DNA from: a virus
Lineage: Duplodnaviria; Caudoviricetes
Reading direction: 5' to 3' (one strand)
IMG/VR virus record: IMGVR_UViG_3300030095_004816
Span: 1-24,357 of that record
DNA: 24,357 bases
Position 1 is the first letter of the stretch, and each line of letters begins with the position of its first letter. The translations under genes were made by a program, and so were the position numbers. Shown here piece by piece: positions 24,028 through 24,357 of this stretch. The notes under the pieces are model-generated. The model was not told where the DNA came from, searched no databases, and saw nothing but the letters and a program-made list of their open reading frames with translations.

Positions 24028-24237
24028 ATGAAATGTAGATGTTCAGCGGTAATACCGCAAGGTAGATTAAATCTTGGTTACAAGACGTGTATTAACTGTT
24101 CGACAACAGCTCGTTATGCCTGTGTACCAATCACTAACCACAAAACCGGTAATACAATACAGCTTGTTAGCCAAGAAACCGCTGACGCTATATTCAAAGC
24201 AAGTCGTCGTAAAGGTTATGGCACTTGTTTAAGATAA
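24028..24237 (+). CDS. DksA/TraR-like C4 zinc-finger protein (69 aa)
   Basis: C.C...IP.GRL......C..C pattern (MKCRCSAVIPQGRLNLGYKTCINC). Confidence 0.65.
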   Translation: MKCRCSAVIPQGRLNLGYKTCINCSTTARYACVPITNHKTGNTIQLVSQETADAIFKASRRKGYGTCLR

Positions 24238-24352
24238 GGCTAAAATAACTAGCAGGTCTGGAACCACCTTGTTTAAGCCCCGGTGGAACTAAGTGCAACT
24301 AGGAACCACGAAACTTCCGCTGGAGTTAGAGTTACTGACGAGTAACATAGCC
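24238..24352 (+). ncRNA. Candidate multi-helix structured RNA
   Basis: GC-richer intergenic stretch with nested stems GGCTA/TAGCC, TAACT-AGC-AGGT/ACTT-GCT-AGTTA, CCACC/GGTGG, CTA/TAG and GTTACT/AGTAAC. Pairing found by eye. Confidence 0.5.
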
Positions 24353-24357
24353 GACTT

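Noticed and set aside
24308-24343. Hammerhead ribozyme (GAAAC at 24310 and CTGACGAG at 24335, with a plausible stem III)
   Set aside because: Stem I cannot form (AGAGTTA), stem II would be only 2 bp, and CTGACGA is sequestered in the GTTACT/AGTAAC hairpin. A partner beyond the window edge cannot be excluded.

Overview
AT-rich fragment of a tailed dsDNA bacteriophage, with a podovirus/crAss-like morphogenesis module. The host is probably Bacteroidota (Flavobacteriia), since start codons have A-rich leaders with no Shine-Dalgarno. Bases 1-21962 are one minus-strand late region. In transcription order it encodes a basic protein, GroEL, GroES, a winged-helix protein, an HExxH/PAP2 fusion, a histone-H1-like repeat protein, a holin, a double GroES-like protein, putative TerS, TerL, portal, scaffold, major capsid protein, two paralogous small virion proteins, a LamG protein, a cluster of tiny Lys/Arg-rich proteins, small membrane proteins and tail ring/stabilization proteins. 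A strand-switch region at about 21990-22205 holds a 16-bp inverted repeat, a GC island with a canonical G-quadruplex motif, and an AT tract. Beyond it, a plus-strand early-type region has tiny ORFs, four copies of a bipartite motif (ACArAmTAAATACGA-N9-GATAATATA) and candidate structured RNAs: an H-type pseudoknot, an anticodon-less mini-tRNA and a multi-helix RNA. A different bipartite motif (KTAA-N15-TGTRAYWWT) marks three late transcription units. All product calls come from motif recognition and synteny only; no database searches or folding programs were run.
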